Shown here piece after piece: positions 43,003-53,257 of a stretch of 64,000 nucleotides of DNA. The first letter of the stretch is position 1. Every line of letters starts with the position of its first letter. Source of the DNA: a bacterium (GTDB lineage: Bacteria; SM23-31); NCBI GenBank assembly GCA_965249485.1, contig OZ252239.1:2112001-2176000 (forward strand), in the 5' to 3' direction. The notes below the pieces were generated by a model, which searched no databases, had not been told where the DNA came from, and saw only the letters and a program-made list of their open reading frames with translations. The translations under genes were made by a program, and so were the position numbers.

Positions 43003-43938
43003 TCACCAAATTACTTTGTCCGGGGTAATAACAACAGCATTATTTTTACCTGGAAATGAGCTTGGTGTACCAATGGTGACTTTACCGGTTGCAATATATT
43101 CTGTTCCCCTTGCCAGGACAGTCTGATAACCAACACAGTTAACTGCTTCACCATATGGTGCGCGTTCATCATTATAATGTCCCATCGGTATGTGAAATAT
43201 TTTGCCTTTACCATAGGTGATAAGCATCAACATGGGCTCGTTTTCCTTAGTACGGAGGGAATAGGAGTGAGCCAGTACTTCAACATTTTTTGCCGGGCCG
43301 CGAAGTGCGCTATACAGTTCATCTGTTGCGTGCATCCATTCTGTAGGGAGGCCTTTGAGGATCGGGTGAGAAGGCTGGTCGTGAATAACCTTAAATTCGC
43401 GCATTCTTCCATGTTCACCGCTGAGCCCATCATTGGGAGAAGCGGCTGTCCATTTACTATTGACCATGCGTAAAAGTGAGCCGGATTTCCCAGCTTCTCG
43501 GCCACCCCAACCACCGATGGCGATCATTTCGTTGTAAGCATCCCAGTCAGCCCAGGCGTTATCTGCCGCATGAATGGGTACAAAGCCGCCGCCTTCCCTG
43601 ACAAATCGTTCAAAATCTGCCCTTGTTTCAGACGACCAAAGAGGATCACAGCCGTCATTATCTTCACAATCGTCGTTAAAATTACTGACAACGACATCGT
43701 AATCGGAAAATTTGGGACGCCATGCATTCCACTTTTCTTTTGGAGCTCTTTTAGAGGGTGTAGTACTGACGTCGACAATGAATCGACCGGTCTGCTCAAG
43801 AGTAGCTTTAGTGGCGATAGTAGTACTTTCCCAATCGTGGTTATTTACACCATCTACGATCAGAACCTTGATCTGGTCTTGAGCGAAACTAACTGATGTC
43901 ATGAGCGATAACATTACAATAGCGAAGAAAAAATTCAT
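43003..43938 (-). CDS. Exported ThuA-like domain protein
   Basis: Signal peptide; IVDGVNNHDW; GGGFVPIHAADN; DELY; YGKGKIFHIPMGH; RGTEY. Confidence 0.82.
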   Translation of the reverse strand: MNFFFAIVMLSLMTSVSFAQDQIKVLIVDGVNNHDWESTTIATKATLEQTGRFIVDVSTTPSKRAPKEKWNAWRPKFSDYDVVVSNFNDDCEDNDGCDPLWSSETRADFERFVREGGGFVPIHAADNAWADWDAYNEMIAIGGWGGREAGKSGSLLRMVNSKWTAASPNDGLSGEHGRMREFKVIHDQPSHPILKGLPTEWMHATDELYSALRGPAKNVEVLAHSYSLRTKENEPMLMLITYGKGKIFHIPMGHYNDERAPYGEAVNCVGYQTVLARGTEYIATGKVTIGTPSSFPGKNNAVVITPDKVIW

Positions 43939-44237
43939 TTCAATCTTCTCTCATTAGAATAATAATTAATAAATGATAGACAGTTGTACCTTAGTTCGGA
44001 ACTACATAATGTAGAAAAAATCGAGTTATGTTAAGCATTTAATTCTAATGAATCAGTTAATACCAGAAGTATGAAAATTCTAATAGTCTGTATGCAATTT
44101 CTAAGTGGAGGGCTAATACTCATATGTATGCAATCAATTTTATCGAACTTTTCATGTTAAAAGCTAAGCGATATATTGAATTTTACCAAGTGTTTTTCCA
44201 CCAATACTTTCTGAATTACGACAGTTGTCCAATAGCG

Positions 44238-45596
44238 TTATTCTTGTTCTTTCTGATTAAGTCGATTAACATTCACTTGTCCATCTTTGACGACAATATG
44301 TCCATCACGTATGACCAGGTCTGCTTTTGATAGGTCGTCAAGGTTCATATCCGGTTTGCCGTCAATCACGAGTACATCAGCGAGTTTTCCCGGTTCTAAT
44401 GTTCCCAATTTATCACCCATATCAAGAATCTCAGCGCTTGTTTTGGTGGCCGCAACAAGAGCTTCCGAGATAGAATACCCTCCTTCAACAAAATGCTTTA
44501 ATTCTGTAATATAGCTACCGGGTAAAAGTTCTGGTCTCCCCTCTAAACCAATACCCATTTTTATCCCGACATTTCTTTGGCGCCGAAACAGATCCATCAC
44601 TGTCACATTTGATAAAGTTATCTGGTCGATGTTTGTAGGGTTTAAGATCATAGGAATGGATTCTATCCCTTGTTCTACCATTAACATGATTGTTTCTTCT
44701 GTGCGGGGTGCCATCTTCTCGACAATATCAACTCCTTCTTCAACCGCCCATTCAAGATAGTACATGCCAGTAATCCAGGATGAACTCCATGAGTGTACTC
44801 CGGCATCTACACCAACTTTTATTCCTAAAGCATGAGCTTCTTCTATGGCAGATGCAATTTCCTCTCGACTGAACATGCTGATGATGTGGATTAGATCGGC
44901 GCCCTTATTAAATTGCTCCCGTACCGATTTGCGCCAATCGTCCGGTCCATCAGCGGTGCGCTCTGAATCGACCAAGGGATTGAACGTTTGTCTTCCTTCG
45001 GTTGAGTGCCCGCCTGTGCTGGTAATGGCCTGGCCGGCAGAAAATACTCTCGGACCGGGAATTCGATTTTGGGAGACAAATTCTTTTAATCGAAATGGTA
45101 TTTCCCCATGTGATGCAGCATCACGAATGCTTGTAACACCGCTCTGGATATAGTAGCCAAGTCGTTCAACCGCTGTAAGGGTATGTATTGGGCCATAATT
45201 AATTCGTGGAATAATTTCTGTTATATGAGTATGGAGATCAATAAGACCCGGCATAATTGTTTTGCCTGAAACATCAATCACTTGGGTATCTCTGGGCCAA
45301 GCTGTTGAACCGGATGGTAAAATCTCCTTAATTTTGTTCCGTTCAATGACAATAGATCCACTATGGACTGCTGTACCTGTCCCATCAAAAATCCGCCCTC
45401 CAGTTAAAACCAGCCTACTGTCGGGTCCTTGCTGATCAGACGGTATAGGAATTCGTCTGGGGTCATTGGAAGTTGTTGCATTTTCGTTGAGCCATGTTCT
45501 TCGGTCTTGTGGTTTCTCCTGACCAAGAGCAAAACCACACAATGTTAATATACTGACAAGACAGAATAAACTTGACGATGTTAGTAATTTTTTCAT
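44238..45596 (-). CDS. Exported amidohydrolase-superfamily protein with atypical metal ligands
   Basis: GKTIMPGLIDLHTH, SGVTSIRD, GPR, TGGH, LGTLEPGKLADVLV; start ATG 45596 after AGGAGA SD, followed by a signal peptide. Confidence 0.85.
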   Translation of the reverse strand: MKKLLTSSSLFCLVSILTLCGFALGQEKPQDRRTWLNENATTSNDPRRIPIPSDQQGPDSRLVLTGGRIFDGTGTAVHSGSIVIERNKIKEILPSGSTAWPRDTQVIDVSGKTIMPGLIDLHTHITEIIPRINYGPIHTLTAVERLGYYIQSGVTSIRDAASHGEIPFRLKEFVSQNRIPGPRVFSAGQAITSTGGHSTEGRQTFNPLVDSERTADGPDDWRKSVREQFNKGADLIHIISMFSREEIASAIEEAHALGIKVGVDAGVHSWSSSWITGMYYLEWAVEEGVDIVEKMAPRTEETIMLMVEQGIESIPMILNPTNIDQITLSNVTVMDLFRRQRNVGIKMGIGLEGRPELLPGSYITELKHFVEGGYSISEALVAATKTSAEILDMGDKLGTLEPGKLADVLVIDGKPDMNLDDLSKADLVIRDGHIVVKDGQVNVNRLNQKEQE

Positions 45597-45638
45597 GCTT
45601 AACATCTCCTGTTTTTTATACAATAAATCGGATACTTT

Positions 45639-45718
45639 AAAAAATGTCAGTACACCCGTAGTCCTGACAAGTATTTTCTCAGTTGCAGACGGTTCGATTT
45701 CTACCATCAAACACCTTG
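45639..45718 (-). promoter_or_regulatory. Candidate cis-regulatory RNA: TPP-riboswitch-like P2/P3 half plus terminator
   Basis: Minus strand: CAAGGUG...CUGAGAAAAUACUUG, then a UGUCAG..CUGACA hairpin and U6. Confidence 0.4.
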
Positions 45719-46019
45719 TTTAACAGTTCCAAACGTGTATATATGATTGAAAATGAATCAAACTTTTCTTGCATGTTAAGAACGATTTTCAAAACCTAAA
45801 AGAGAGTTTGAAGTATTAGCAAAACTGAGCAATACCGAAATGTGATTACGATAGAATTTAAGAATTAGTTAATGTTTTGAGTCACACCAATTTTTTTAAT
45901 ATATATTTTGGAAAAAAATCCGTTTTGAAGGTGAGGAAGTTACCTTGGTAAAAAAATTTGATATTACTTTTGAAAGATAGTCTATAAGTAACTGCACAAA
46001 TCAACTCATCTAAAACGGT

Positions 46020-46154
46020 ATAAAGTTTTTCATTTTGTACCAGCCGGAAAACTTCTGAACTGGTTTTTACCGTATGTACACCCGGTTGTGCATTGGCAAA
46101 AGGGACGGTAAATATCACAAATAATATAAATACCAATACTTGCGATATCATCAT
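46020..46154 (-). pseudogene. 5' fragment of an M24-like peptidase paralog
   Basis: MISQVLVFILFVIFTVPFANAQPGVHTVKTSSEVFRLVQNEKL matches the N-terminus of the 16302 gene, then similarity ends. Confidence 0.85.
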
Positions 46155-46195
46155 GTTCTCCCTAGTTGGTTTAGAATGTTTTTTTTAAGAGGATC

Positions 46196-47884
46196 TCATT
46201 GTATAATCCAGACAAATACACCGATTAACAATCCTACGGCCACCCAGGATACAAGAAAGCCTACTACACTAACAAGAGACGGTTTCATAATCTCAAAATC
46301 GGGATGGTTTATGAGTACCGAGCGAGGAGCCGGTTTTATACCTTCAGGAAGCGTAAGCGGTTCGACTTCTGGCTCACCCGGCAGGACCGGAGTACGGAGA
46401 CATTCATAAACTTGATCAAGTGTCTCTTTATCCTGTGGTTTTGTAAACAGACTCACAACCACCATGACAACCAGCCCTACTGTCAAATAGAAAATCATCT
46501 GCCACGGCAGAGAAAGTACACCGTCATACAACATAAAATCCGGGAGGAAGCGGGCAAAATGAGCATTAAAGTCCCAGCCAATGAAATCGATCGTGCTTAT
46601 GAAAAACCATGTGGCAAAACTACTCAATGTTGAAGCCCAGGCTGCGGCAGCAGTCGCTTTTCTCCAGAAAAAACTTGCCCATATAGCGATTCCCATCATT
46701 GCATACACTTTCCAGATAACTTCTAAACCTTGTACTACACCCGTAATAGCGAATGCTACGATAATGCCAAAGATAACAACAACAACAGATGCAATTCTCC
46801 CTATTAAAATATAATGTTTATCATTTTGGTTCGGCTTGATCAAAGGTTTATAAATATTTTCCGTGAACAATGCGGCGGATGAAACCATAAAGCAATCACA
46901 TGAACTCATGACCGCTGCAAGCATGGAAGCGACAAATACTCCGATGAGACCCGGTGCTATATTTGGCAGAAAATCACGTCCGAGGAATCCCCAAACAAAG
47001 TCCGGATTGACGGATGTGCCTGTGTATATGCCTATACCGCATAGACCTGTCAGAACCCATGCGATCGTGCATATTCGCTTGAGAAACATTCCGCAGACAA
47101 GTCCTACTCTCGAATCAAACTCGCTTTTGCCAGCACCGCACATTGCCATGGAATATGGAGCTGTAACCCAGCCAATAAGTCCATTTAAAGCGATTACTAT
47201 AATATACAGTGTTGTGATCTCACCGGGAGTCACGATCTCGAACATTGAGGGATCATTGACAATTGTTTTTAATCCTTCCAAACCTCCCACTGCACTGAGC
47301 ACAAACGGTAAAATCATAAAGGAGAGCACGAAGGTTAATATACCCTGAATAAAATCGGTGATAATTGCTGCTTTCAATCCACCGAGCACACCGTAAAATA
47401 CAAACAGACCTGTCAGTGCAAATATTGCGAGAGCAGTGCTGATTGCACCATCGGTTACAGCTGTAATAAGTGCACTTGATGCCCTGAGCGTTACACCAAT
47501 ATTGACTGATAATTGTGCCATGCCGACCAGAGCGAAAAGGACGGCGACACTCTGACCATAACGTTTGAATAAATAATCTGCAGTTGTTACCGCTCTCATA
47601 CGCCTGAATAGCAGAGCCAGTAACCAGTAGAACGGTGTGGCAAACAACCATAACCACTGATACCAGATTCCCGAAGCCCCGGACACGAACGTCTTTGACA
47701 CGACGGTGACAGCCTGATCAGTATTAGTCCCCGTTCCGAAGTTAAAGAACGTCATCATGGTCTTTCCGAAATTACGCTCACTGATAAAAAAGCTTGAAGC
47801 TGTTTTTATCTTTCTGGCAGACCAGACTCCAATCACCACTAAACTGCTTAGATATACAATAATGACGAGCCAATCAATAAGCAT
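46196..47884 (-). CDS. Sodium:solute symporter family protein
   Basis: About 13-14 TM helices; DWLVIIVY, GIWYQW, GGLKAAIITDFIQG, GLIGVFVASMLAAVMSSCD. Confidence 0.9.
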   Translation of the reverse strand: MLIDWLVIIVYLSSLVVIGVWSARKIKTASSFFISERNFGKTMMTFFNFGTGTNTDQAVTVVSKTFVSGASGIWYQWLWLFATPFYWLLALLFRRMRAVTTADYLFKRYGQSVAVLFALVGMAQLSVNIGVTLRASSALITAVTDGAISTALAIFALTGLFVFYGVLGGLKAAIITDFIQGILTFVLSFMILPFVLSAVGGLEGLKTIVNDPSMFEIVTPGEITTLYIIVIALNGLIGWVTAPYSMAMCGAGKSEFDSRVGLVCGMFLKRICTIAWVLTGLCGIGIYTGTSVNPDFVWGFLGRDFLPNIAPGLIGVFVASMLAAVMSSCDCFMVSSAALFTENIYKPLIKPNQNDKHYILIGRIASVVVVIFGIIVAFAITGVVQGLEVIWKVYAMMGIAIWASFFWRKATAAAAWASTLSSFATWFFISTIDFIGWDFNAHFARFLPDFMLYDGVLSLPWQMIFYLTVGLVVMVVVSLFTKPQDKETLDQVYECLRTPVLPGEPEVEPLTLPEGIKPAPRSVLINHPDFEIMKPSLVSVVGFLVSWVAVGLLIGVFVWIIQ

Positions 47885-48220
47885 AATCAGATTTTTCCCT
47901 TACCGATATTCTGTATTCCATTAAACACCTACATTCCGATTATCCACTATATCAATTCTAATAATAGAAAACAAAATGGGTTTGTGTTGAAATGTGACGT
48001 TTTGTTTAGATGTGGTGTGTTTGGTTTGCTTGTATTGGGAATAGTATATAAATAATAACGTATGAATTGTGTAATTACAAGTTTTTTCTCCTGTAATTCG
48101 ACTATACAATTTATTAAACATGCATAAGCAAGTTGAAGGTGTCTCCAATATTAATTTCTTTGTAGATGAAGAAGAACTGTGATGAATTCTCCGTCTCAAT
48201 AGATTTTTCCCGGACGAATA

Positions 48221-48253
48221 ATAAAAGCCGCATATTTAGTATGCGGCTTTTAT
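48221..48253. terminator. Terminator-like hairpin downstream of the 48348-49771 gene
   Basis: ATAAAAGCCGCATA-tttag-TATGCGGCTTTTAT. Confidence 0.75.
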
Positions 48254-48347
48254 ACTGTACTGTATAATACTTTACTTACAGATCACATCCAGATGATCGT
48301 TTAGTGATCCGGATTAATATGGCTCGATAATTTCAAAAATTATAGAC

Positions 48348-49771
48348 CTATAATCCCCAGCCTTCTCGAAATTCGGGCTTAATGTATCTATCGGCCTCCG
48401 GTACATTGGTAGCCTTCATGTTCTGACTGTCCCAATACAATTTTTTCCGGGTGCGCAGCGCAACGGTACCGAGTAATACTGTGTCCAGAGTAATCGAAAC
48501 CGCCATGGACTTGCTTATTGCTCTTGATGGCGTCTATCCAACCCTTATGATGTCCATCGAGGCGGGGGATGATCTCGGGTGGCCGCTTGTAAGCCTTCAT
48601 TTTTGACTCGGGCACTAATCGTGGAGTTCCTGCCCAGCCGCCAGCCATGATTACGCCTTCGTCGCCTACGAAATAGATGCCGCCGCCGAATCTACGACCG
48701 TCTTCCAGCTCTTTTTGCCGTGGGGGTCTGAGACCGCCGCTATGCCAATGCATTGTGACGGGTTGCCGATTTCCTCGGGCGGGAAATTCGTAGTGATAAA
48801 TGGCGCCTGCAGGTACTGTTTCATCAGTGAATTGGGTCGCACTAGCTTCGATGTTGGTGGGGGCTCCAAGGTCGAGTGCCCAAAAGGCGGGATCCAGATT
48901 ATGGCAGGCCATATCGCCGATGCATGCGCTACCGAAATCCCACCAACCGCGCCAGTTGTACGGCGCATAGTCGGGATGGTAGGGTCGATAAGCGGGAGGT
49001 CCGAGCCAAAGATCCCAATTCCAACCTTCCGGTACGGGGGGCGTTTCATGTGGTCTTGCACTGCGGGTAAGCCATGACAATCCACCAGCGCTATCGCTGC
49101 CATGGACTTCGCGTACCGTTCCGATTGCCCCATCCCGAATCCATTCAACGGTCAACCTGATTCCTTCTTCAGAGTGGCCGTGGTTGCCCATTTGTGTGAT
49201 TACGCCAGCTTTTCTGGCGGCTTCGGTTACGAGACGGGTTTCGTAAATTGAATGGGCTAAAGGTTTTTCGCAGTACACATGCTTGCCCTTTTCGATGGCC
49301 ACCAGGCAAACCGCCGCATGCAGGTGGTCAGGAGGTGGACACCACGACGGCATCAATGTTATTTCCATTATCAGCATCTCACGGTAATCTTCATAGCCGG
49401 TACACCCTTTAAAAGTACCTGAATTTAGCCCGATCGGAATAACGGTGTTCCACATTCCGCAATGCGTCATCAAGACCGGCGGTAGCTCCGAATTCTTGTC
49501 TGCTGTAGTCAACAATTTTTGCGACGTCACATACAGCGACAACCTCGACATCATCAAGGTTCATTAATTCATTAAGATTCCCCATACCTTGGTCACCCAC
49601 GCCGATAAAGGCCAAATTGACCTTCTCATTCGGTGTTGTATGCGAAAGCCCCCCCATGACAGAACGAGGTACAATCGTGAATGCAGCAGCTGCTGCTGCG
49701 GAGCTGGATATAAATTTTCGTCGGTTTATTTTTCGACTCTGCTTTCCGACATATTTTCCATTATTTTTCAT
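48348..49771 (-). pseudogene. Tat-type Gfo/Idh/MocA oxidoreductase pseudogene (paralog of 33319-34713)
   Basis: NRRKFIS, IGVGDQG, HVYCEKP, QMGNHGH, WRGWWDFG; indels near 49423, 49372 and 49334 and a deletion near 48483; restored C-terminus ...YIKPEFREGWGL*. Confidence 0.8.
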
Positions 49772-49906
49772 GTTTTAACGCTCCTTCTCGCAAATGCAAA
49801 TGTTTGATTAGCATTAATCGATGATTTCCTCATCTCTTCCTGAGTAGACGTCTGTACAAATAAATTAATAAATGGATTTTTTTGTATTTTTGGGAACAAT
49901 TTTAAA

Positions 49907-51280
49907 TTATTTAATCAAGTACCACTCAGTCTCTCGACCACCTGGAAATTCCATACCACGCGGTGTAAACATCATAGCTGTCTCTGAGAATACTATAATT
50001 CTCTGACCATCCCATTCCGGGACATTGTATTCTATATCCAATTCCATAGCAAAGAGTGTATTGTATTGTAGAGGACTTCTTCTTCGATTTCTTCTCTCGG
50101 TTGAGGAACTTATTCCTGATCCGGCAGAGTGTACTTCTTGTGAGAAGAACCCACCAAGAATTCCATATCGCATGAAATAGTAAGCGAGAGAGTGGGCGTA
50201 GATCTTAGCTTTAATACCTTCCTGTTGGGCTCGTTCCACAGCTGCGATACCAATCTCGTTTCCATCGCGTCCAAGCCTCATTTCTTCACCGACCAAATCC
50301 TGAAACCTGACAATGTGCCGCCGTGCTTCTTTGATACCTTCGGGGGCATCGGTTTCTCCTTCTTTCAAGACATAGGCCGATTGTTGGGTATCAGTATAAA
50401 GTCCAAGGTACTTTATTCCCGTGTCGCAAAATATAAGATCTCCTCTTCTGATGATTGTATTCAATCCACATCTGGGTGAAGCGTCTTTTACAAAACGCTT
50501 GTCAAAAATTCTGAAATATTCGTCATCATCTTCGTATTTTTCTCGTTCGGCCATGCTTCTTTGAACCGTAATTGTAGGGTGGTCCAATGTGCCTATACCC
50601 AAATCAGCATACCTTTGCCTTATCCACCAGTTTAAGTCATCTGTCGTAGTAACATCCGGAATAACGACACGATTTGAAAAAGCTTCTGCAATAATCTCAT
50701 GGGCAAGCCGAACAACATGCTTAAAAACACTAAGTTCCTCAGGTGTCCGCGTACCCAACCATCGATTGGTTAGAATACCTGCAGATACAATGCGAGATGC
50801 AAATTTCTCACCTATCTCCTGCTTCAATTCCGCTTCCTCTGGTTCAGGGAATGTACGGTTACGTGACCTGCCTTCTGTTAAGTTAATTCCTATTTTTTTC
50901 GGATTTCTATTCCTTATGATATCAGTAATGTCATCAAACTCGCCGGATAACCGTTCGATAGTAGACTCATTCCCTTTATCAAAAAATATGAGATAGGAGG
51001 GTGTGATGGGAACATGCCCATATTTTTCCGATTCCACGAGTGAAAGGTAAAGATGACCTTCACCTTCACTGACTATCCACATATCAATTTCAGTTTCTCG
51101 CATCACCTGCGGAAGAATAGTTTCTTGTTTTTGCTTCAACAAGCGATTCATAAGAACTGCTTGTTGCCGTCTGGTCAAAATGCTTTTATTGTCTTCTACT
51201 AAATCAATTCCAGAATCTTGGGCATAATTAGAACTACTTAATGACAATAATAATGCGATTATAATCAGTTTTGATCTCAT
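49907..51280 (-). CDS. Secreted M24-family metallopeptidase
   Basis: Signal peptide; LPQVMRETEIDMWIV; IPDVTTTDDLNWW; RGDLIFCDTG..YLGLYTDTQ; HSL; MEL; PEWDGQ. Confidence 0.85.
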   Translation of the reverse strand: MRSKLIIIALLLSLSSSNYAQDSGIDLVEDNKSILTRRQQAVLMNRLLKQKQETILPQVMRETEIDMWIVSEGEGHLYLSLVESEKYGHVPITPSYLIFFDKGNESTIERLSGEFDDITDIIRNRNPKKIGINLTEGRSRNRTFPEPEEAELKQEIGEKFASRIVSAGILTNRWLGTRTPEELSVFKHVVRLAHEIIAEAFSNRVVIPDVTTTDDLNWWIRQRYADLGIGTLDHPTITVQRSMAEREKYEDDDEYFRIFDKRFVKDASPRCGLNTIIRRGDLIFCDTGIKYLGLYTDTQQSAYVLKEGETDAPEGIKEARRHIVRFQDLVGEEMRLGRDGNEIGIAAVERAQQEGIKAKIYAHSLAYYFMRYGILGGFFSQEVHSAGSGISSSTERRNRRRSPLQYNTLFAMELDIEYNVPEWDGQRIIVFSETAMMFTPRGMEFPGGRETEWYLIK

Positions 51281-51603
51281 TTTTCATCTCCTAATAAGTT
51301 TAGCAAGTATTACTCTGATTGTCGTTCATCATGCAAATATGATCCATTTTTCATTTTAGGCTGATTTTCTCCTATCAATACTCTAAACAAAGATTAATCG
51401 GGACTTCGTTGAATTATGATACTATATTTTCATCTAGCGTATGTCGTCAGAAAAAGTCGGACACTTTAAATTAAAATTAAGAGATTCAATTAGTTTTTCA
51501 AAGTGTTTTCTGCTCTTGATGCTGAAAAAATAGATTGATTGTAATTCCAGTAATTGCTATTTTTTACCCGGTAAATTTGAATGTCAATAATTATGATAAT
51601 ATA

Positions 51604-52362
51604 ATGGATATCAGTTCAGAACAACAGCAATTTGCATTTTCCAAAATAAACAAAACGGTATTCAAGCTGGTGAAAGAATTTCTTCCCGGAGGTAAGATTC
51701 TTGAATTGGGTTCGGGTGAAGGCGGTTTAACTTACCATTTGAAACAGGCAGGTTTTGATGTGACTGCTTCTGATCTTGATCCTGATAATTTTCGTGTTGA
51801 AGGGGTTGAGTGCCTGAAAATTGATTTGGAAAAGAAATTCGATGTTCCTGATAATAGTTTTGATGGTGTTATATCTGTCGAGGCTATAGAGCATCTTGAA
51901 GACCATTTTTCATTCATCCGGGAGTGCAATAGAATTCTCAAACCCGGTGGACTGTTAATTGTGACTACTCCAAATATTCTCAATATGGCTTCTCGTATCA
52001 GATTCTTCTTAACCGGTTTCTTTACCTACAACACAAGACCGAACAGTGAATTTGAGCGATTACCAATATATCAGCATATTAATCCTATCAATTATTATAA
52101 CCTTAGATATATTTTGCATACAAATGGATTTACCATACAATCAGTCCCGACTGACCGATATCGAAGCAGTGCGCTTTGGCTTTTTTTCTGGTTTCCGATT
52201 CTTTATCCCTTCACATTCTGGACTATGAGAGGAAACACTGATCCCCGTATGAAACAAGTCAACCAGGATATTGCCAGGCAAATTCTTACGAAAGAACTTC
52301 TCTATGGCAGAACACTGATCACAGTATCCCGGAAAACAATTTCAGAGGTCGAACGACAATAA
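51604..52362 (+). CDS. Class I SAM-dependent methyltransferase
   Basis: ILELGSGEG, DNSFDGVISVEAIEHL, RILKPGGLLIVTTPN; start uncertain (51535 or 51604). Confidence 0.88.
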   Translation: MDISSEQQQFAFSKINKTVFKLVKEFLPGGKILELGSGEGGLTYHLKQAGFDVTASDLDPDNFRVEGVECLKIDLEKKFDVPDNSFDGVISVEAIEHLEDHFSFIRECNRILKPGGLLIVTTPNILNMASRIRFFLTGFFTYNTRPNSEFERLPIYQHINPINYYNLRYILHTNGFTIQSVPTDRYRSSALWLFFWFPILYPFTFWTMRGNTDPRMKQVNQDIARQILTKELLYGRTLITVSRKTISEVERQ

Positions 52363-52389
52363 AAAAAGGGAAAACACTTGTTTTCCCTT
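52361..52389 (-). terminator. Terminator between the convergent methyltransferase and DtxR genes
   Basis: AAGGGAAAACA-ct-TGTTTTCCCTT with an adjacent A tract. Confidence 0.65.
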
Positions 52390-52426
52390 AAATCTTTGAA
52401 ATCCTACTAATTTTACAAACTAACAT

Positions 52427-52957
52427 TTAATCACTTACTGCAAAAAAACATTCTTCCTCACAGAATTCGCAACCGGTCTCCGGGTTGCACTTGTAAATAA
52501 ACGAACCGTACTTTTCCCGAAATTTCTTTGAAGCTGGATCATTCGAGAGGAGAAATCCAATAAAACTGATTAGTTTTTCAGCAGTTTCTCTGTTAAATAA
52601 ATGTTCTGATTTACATGCTTCTTCCTCAGCAAGTTCTTCAGGAAGGTGGAGAACCTCATTGTAAAAAAGTTTTAAGGCCTTCCGTACACTTAAAATTTCT
52701 TTAAGTAGTTCATGAGCAGTAGATGAGAGTTCGAGAAACTTTTTGTTTTCTTTCTTGATGAGCCCTTTTTTCTCAAGCTTGTTGAGTGTGATCGAAGTAC
52801 TTCCCATACTGATATTCAAATAATTTGCTACATCGACACTTCTGGCATAACCCTGTGTCTTACGAAGGTCAAAAATTGCCATCAGGTGGTGAACACTGCT
52901 GTGTGTCAGTTCAACTTCTTCGAATTTTTTCCATATATCTTTATCGAGAGGGATCAT
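52427..52957 (-). CDS. DtxR/MntR-family metal-dependent transcriptional regulator
   Basis: LTHS..HHL, ARSVDVANYLNIS.GS.S..LNKL helix-turn-helix, AEEEACKSEH; Cys-rich C-terminus. Confidence 0.88.
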   Translation of the reverse strand: MIPLDKDIWKKFEEVELTHSSVHHLMAIFDLRKTQGYARSVDVANYLNISMGSTSITLNKLEKKGLIKKENKKFLELSSTAHELLKEILSVRKALKLFYNEVLHLPEELAEEEACKSEHLFNRETAEKLISFIGFLLSNDPASKKFREKYGSFIYKCNPETGCEFCEEECFFAVSD

Positions 52958-53257
52958 TGCGATTTATCTTTTAGATATTCGTTAAAAACATTTTATTGGC
53001 ACATCAAATAAATGTTAGCCATACAAAATCAATGTAACGAAACGAGTTTCGAGATGCAAACAAATTTTCTTAAATAGGTGTCTGATAGATAGTATCGTTA
53101 AAACATCTCAAAATATATGAAATTCCAAGGTATTAATAATTTGATTTTGATTGAAAAATTCTTATTTTAGTTTTTCAGGTAAGCTTGGTAAACGAATGAG
53201 TGGTTATTATTACCACTGAAAGCGTTACAAGAATCCCACTATATGAATAATAAAAAA

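Noticed and set aside
45597..45710. N-terminal extension of the amidohydrolase in the ORF track
   Set aside because: A strong SD and signal peptide begin at ATG 45596; the upstream part overlaps a hairpin/terminator
53005..53065. DtxR/MntR operator upstream of the regulator (GTTTCGAGATGCAAAC)
   Set aside because: Only an imperfect short palindrome in AT-rich DNA; cannot be supported without comparative data
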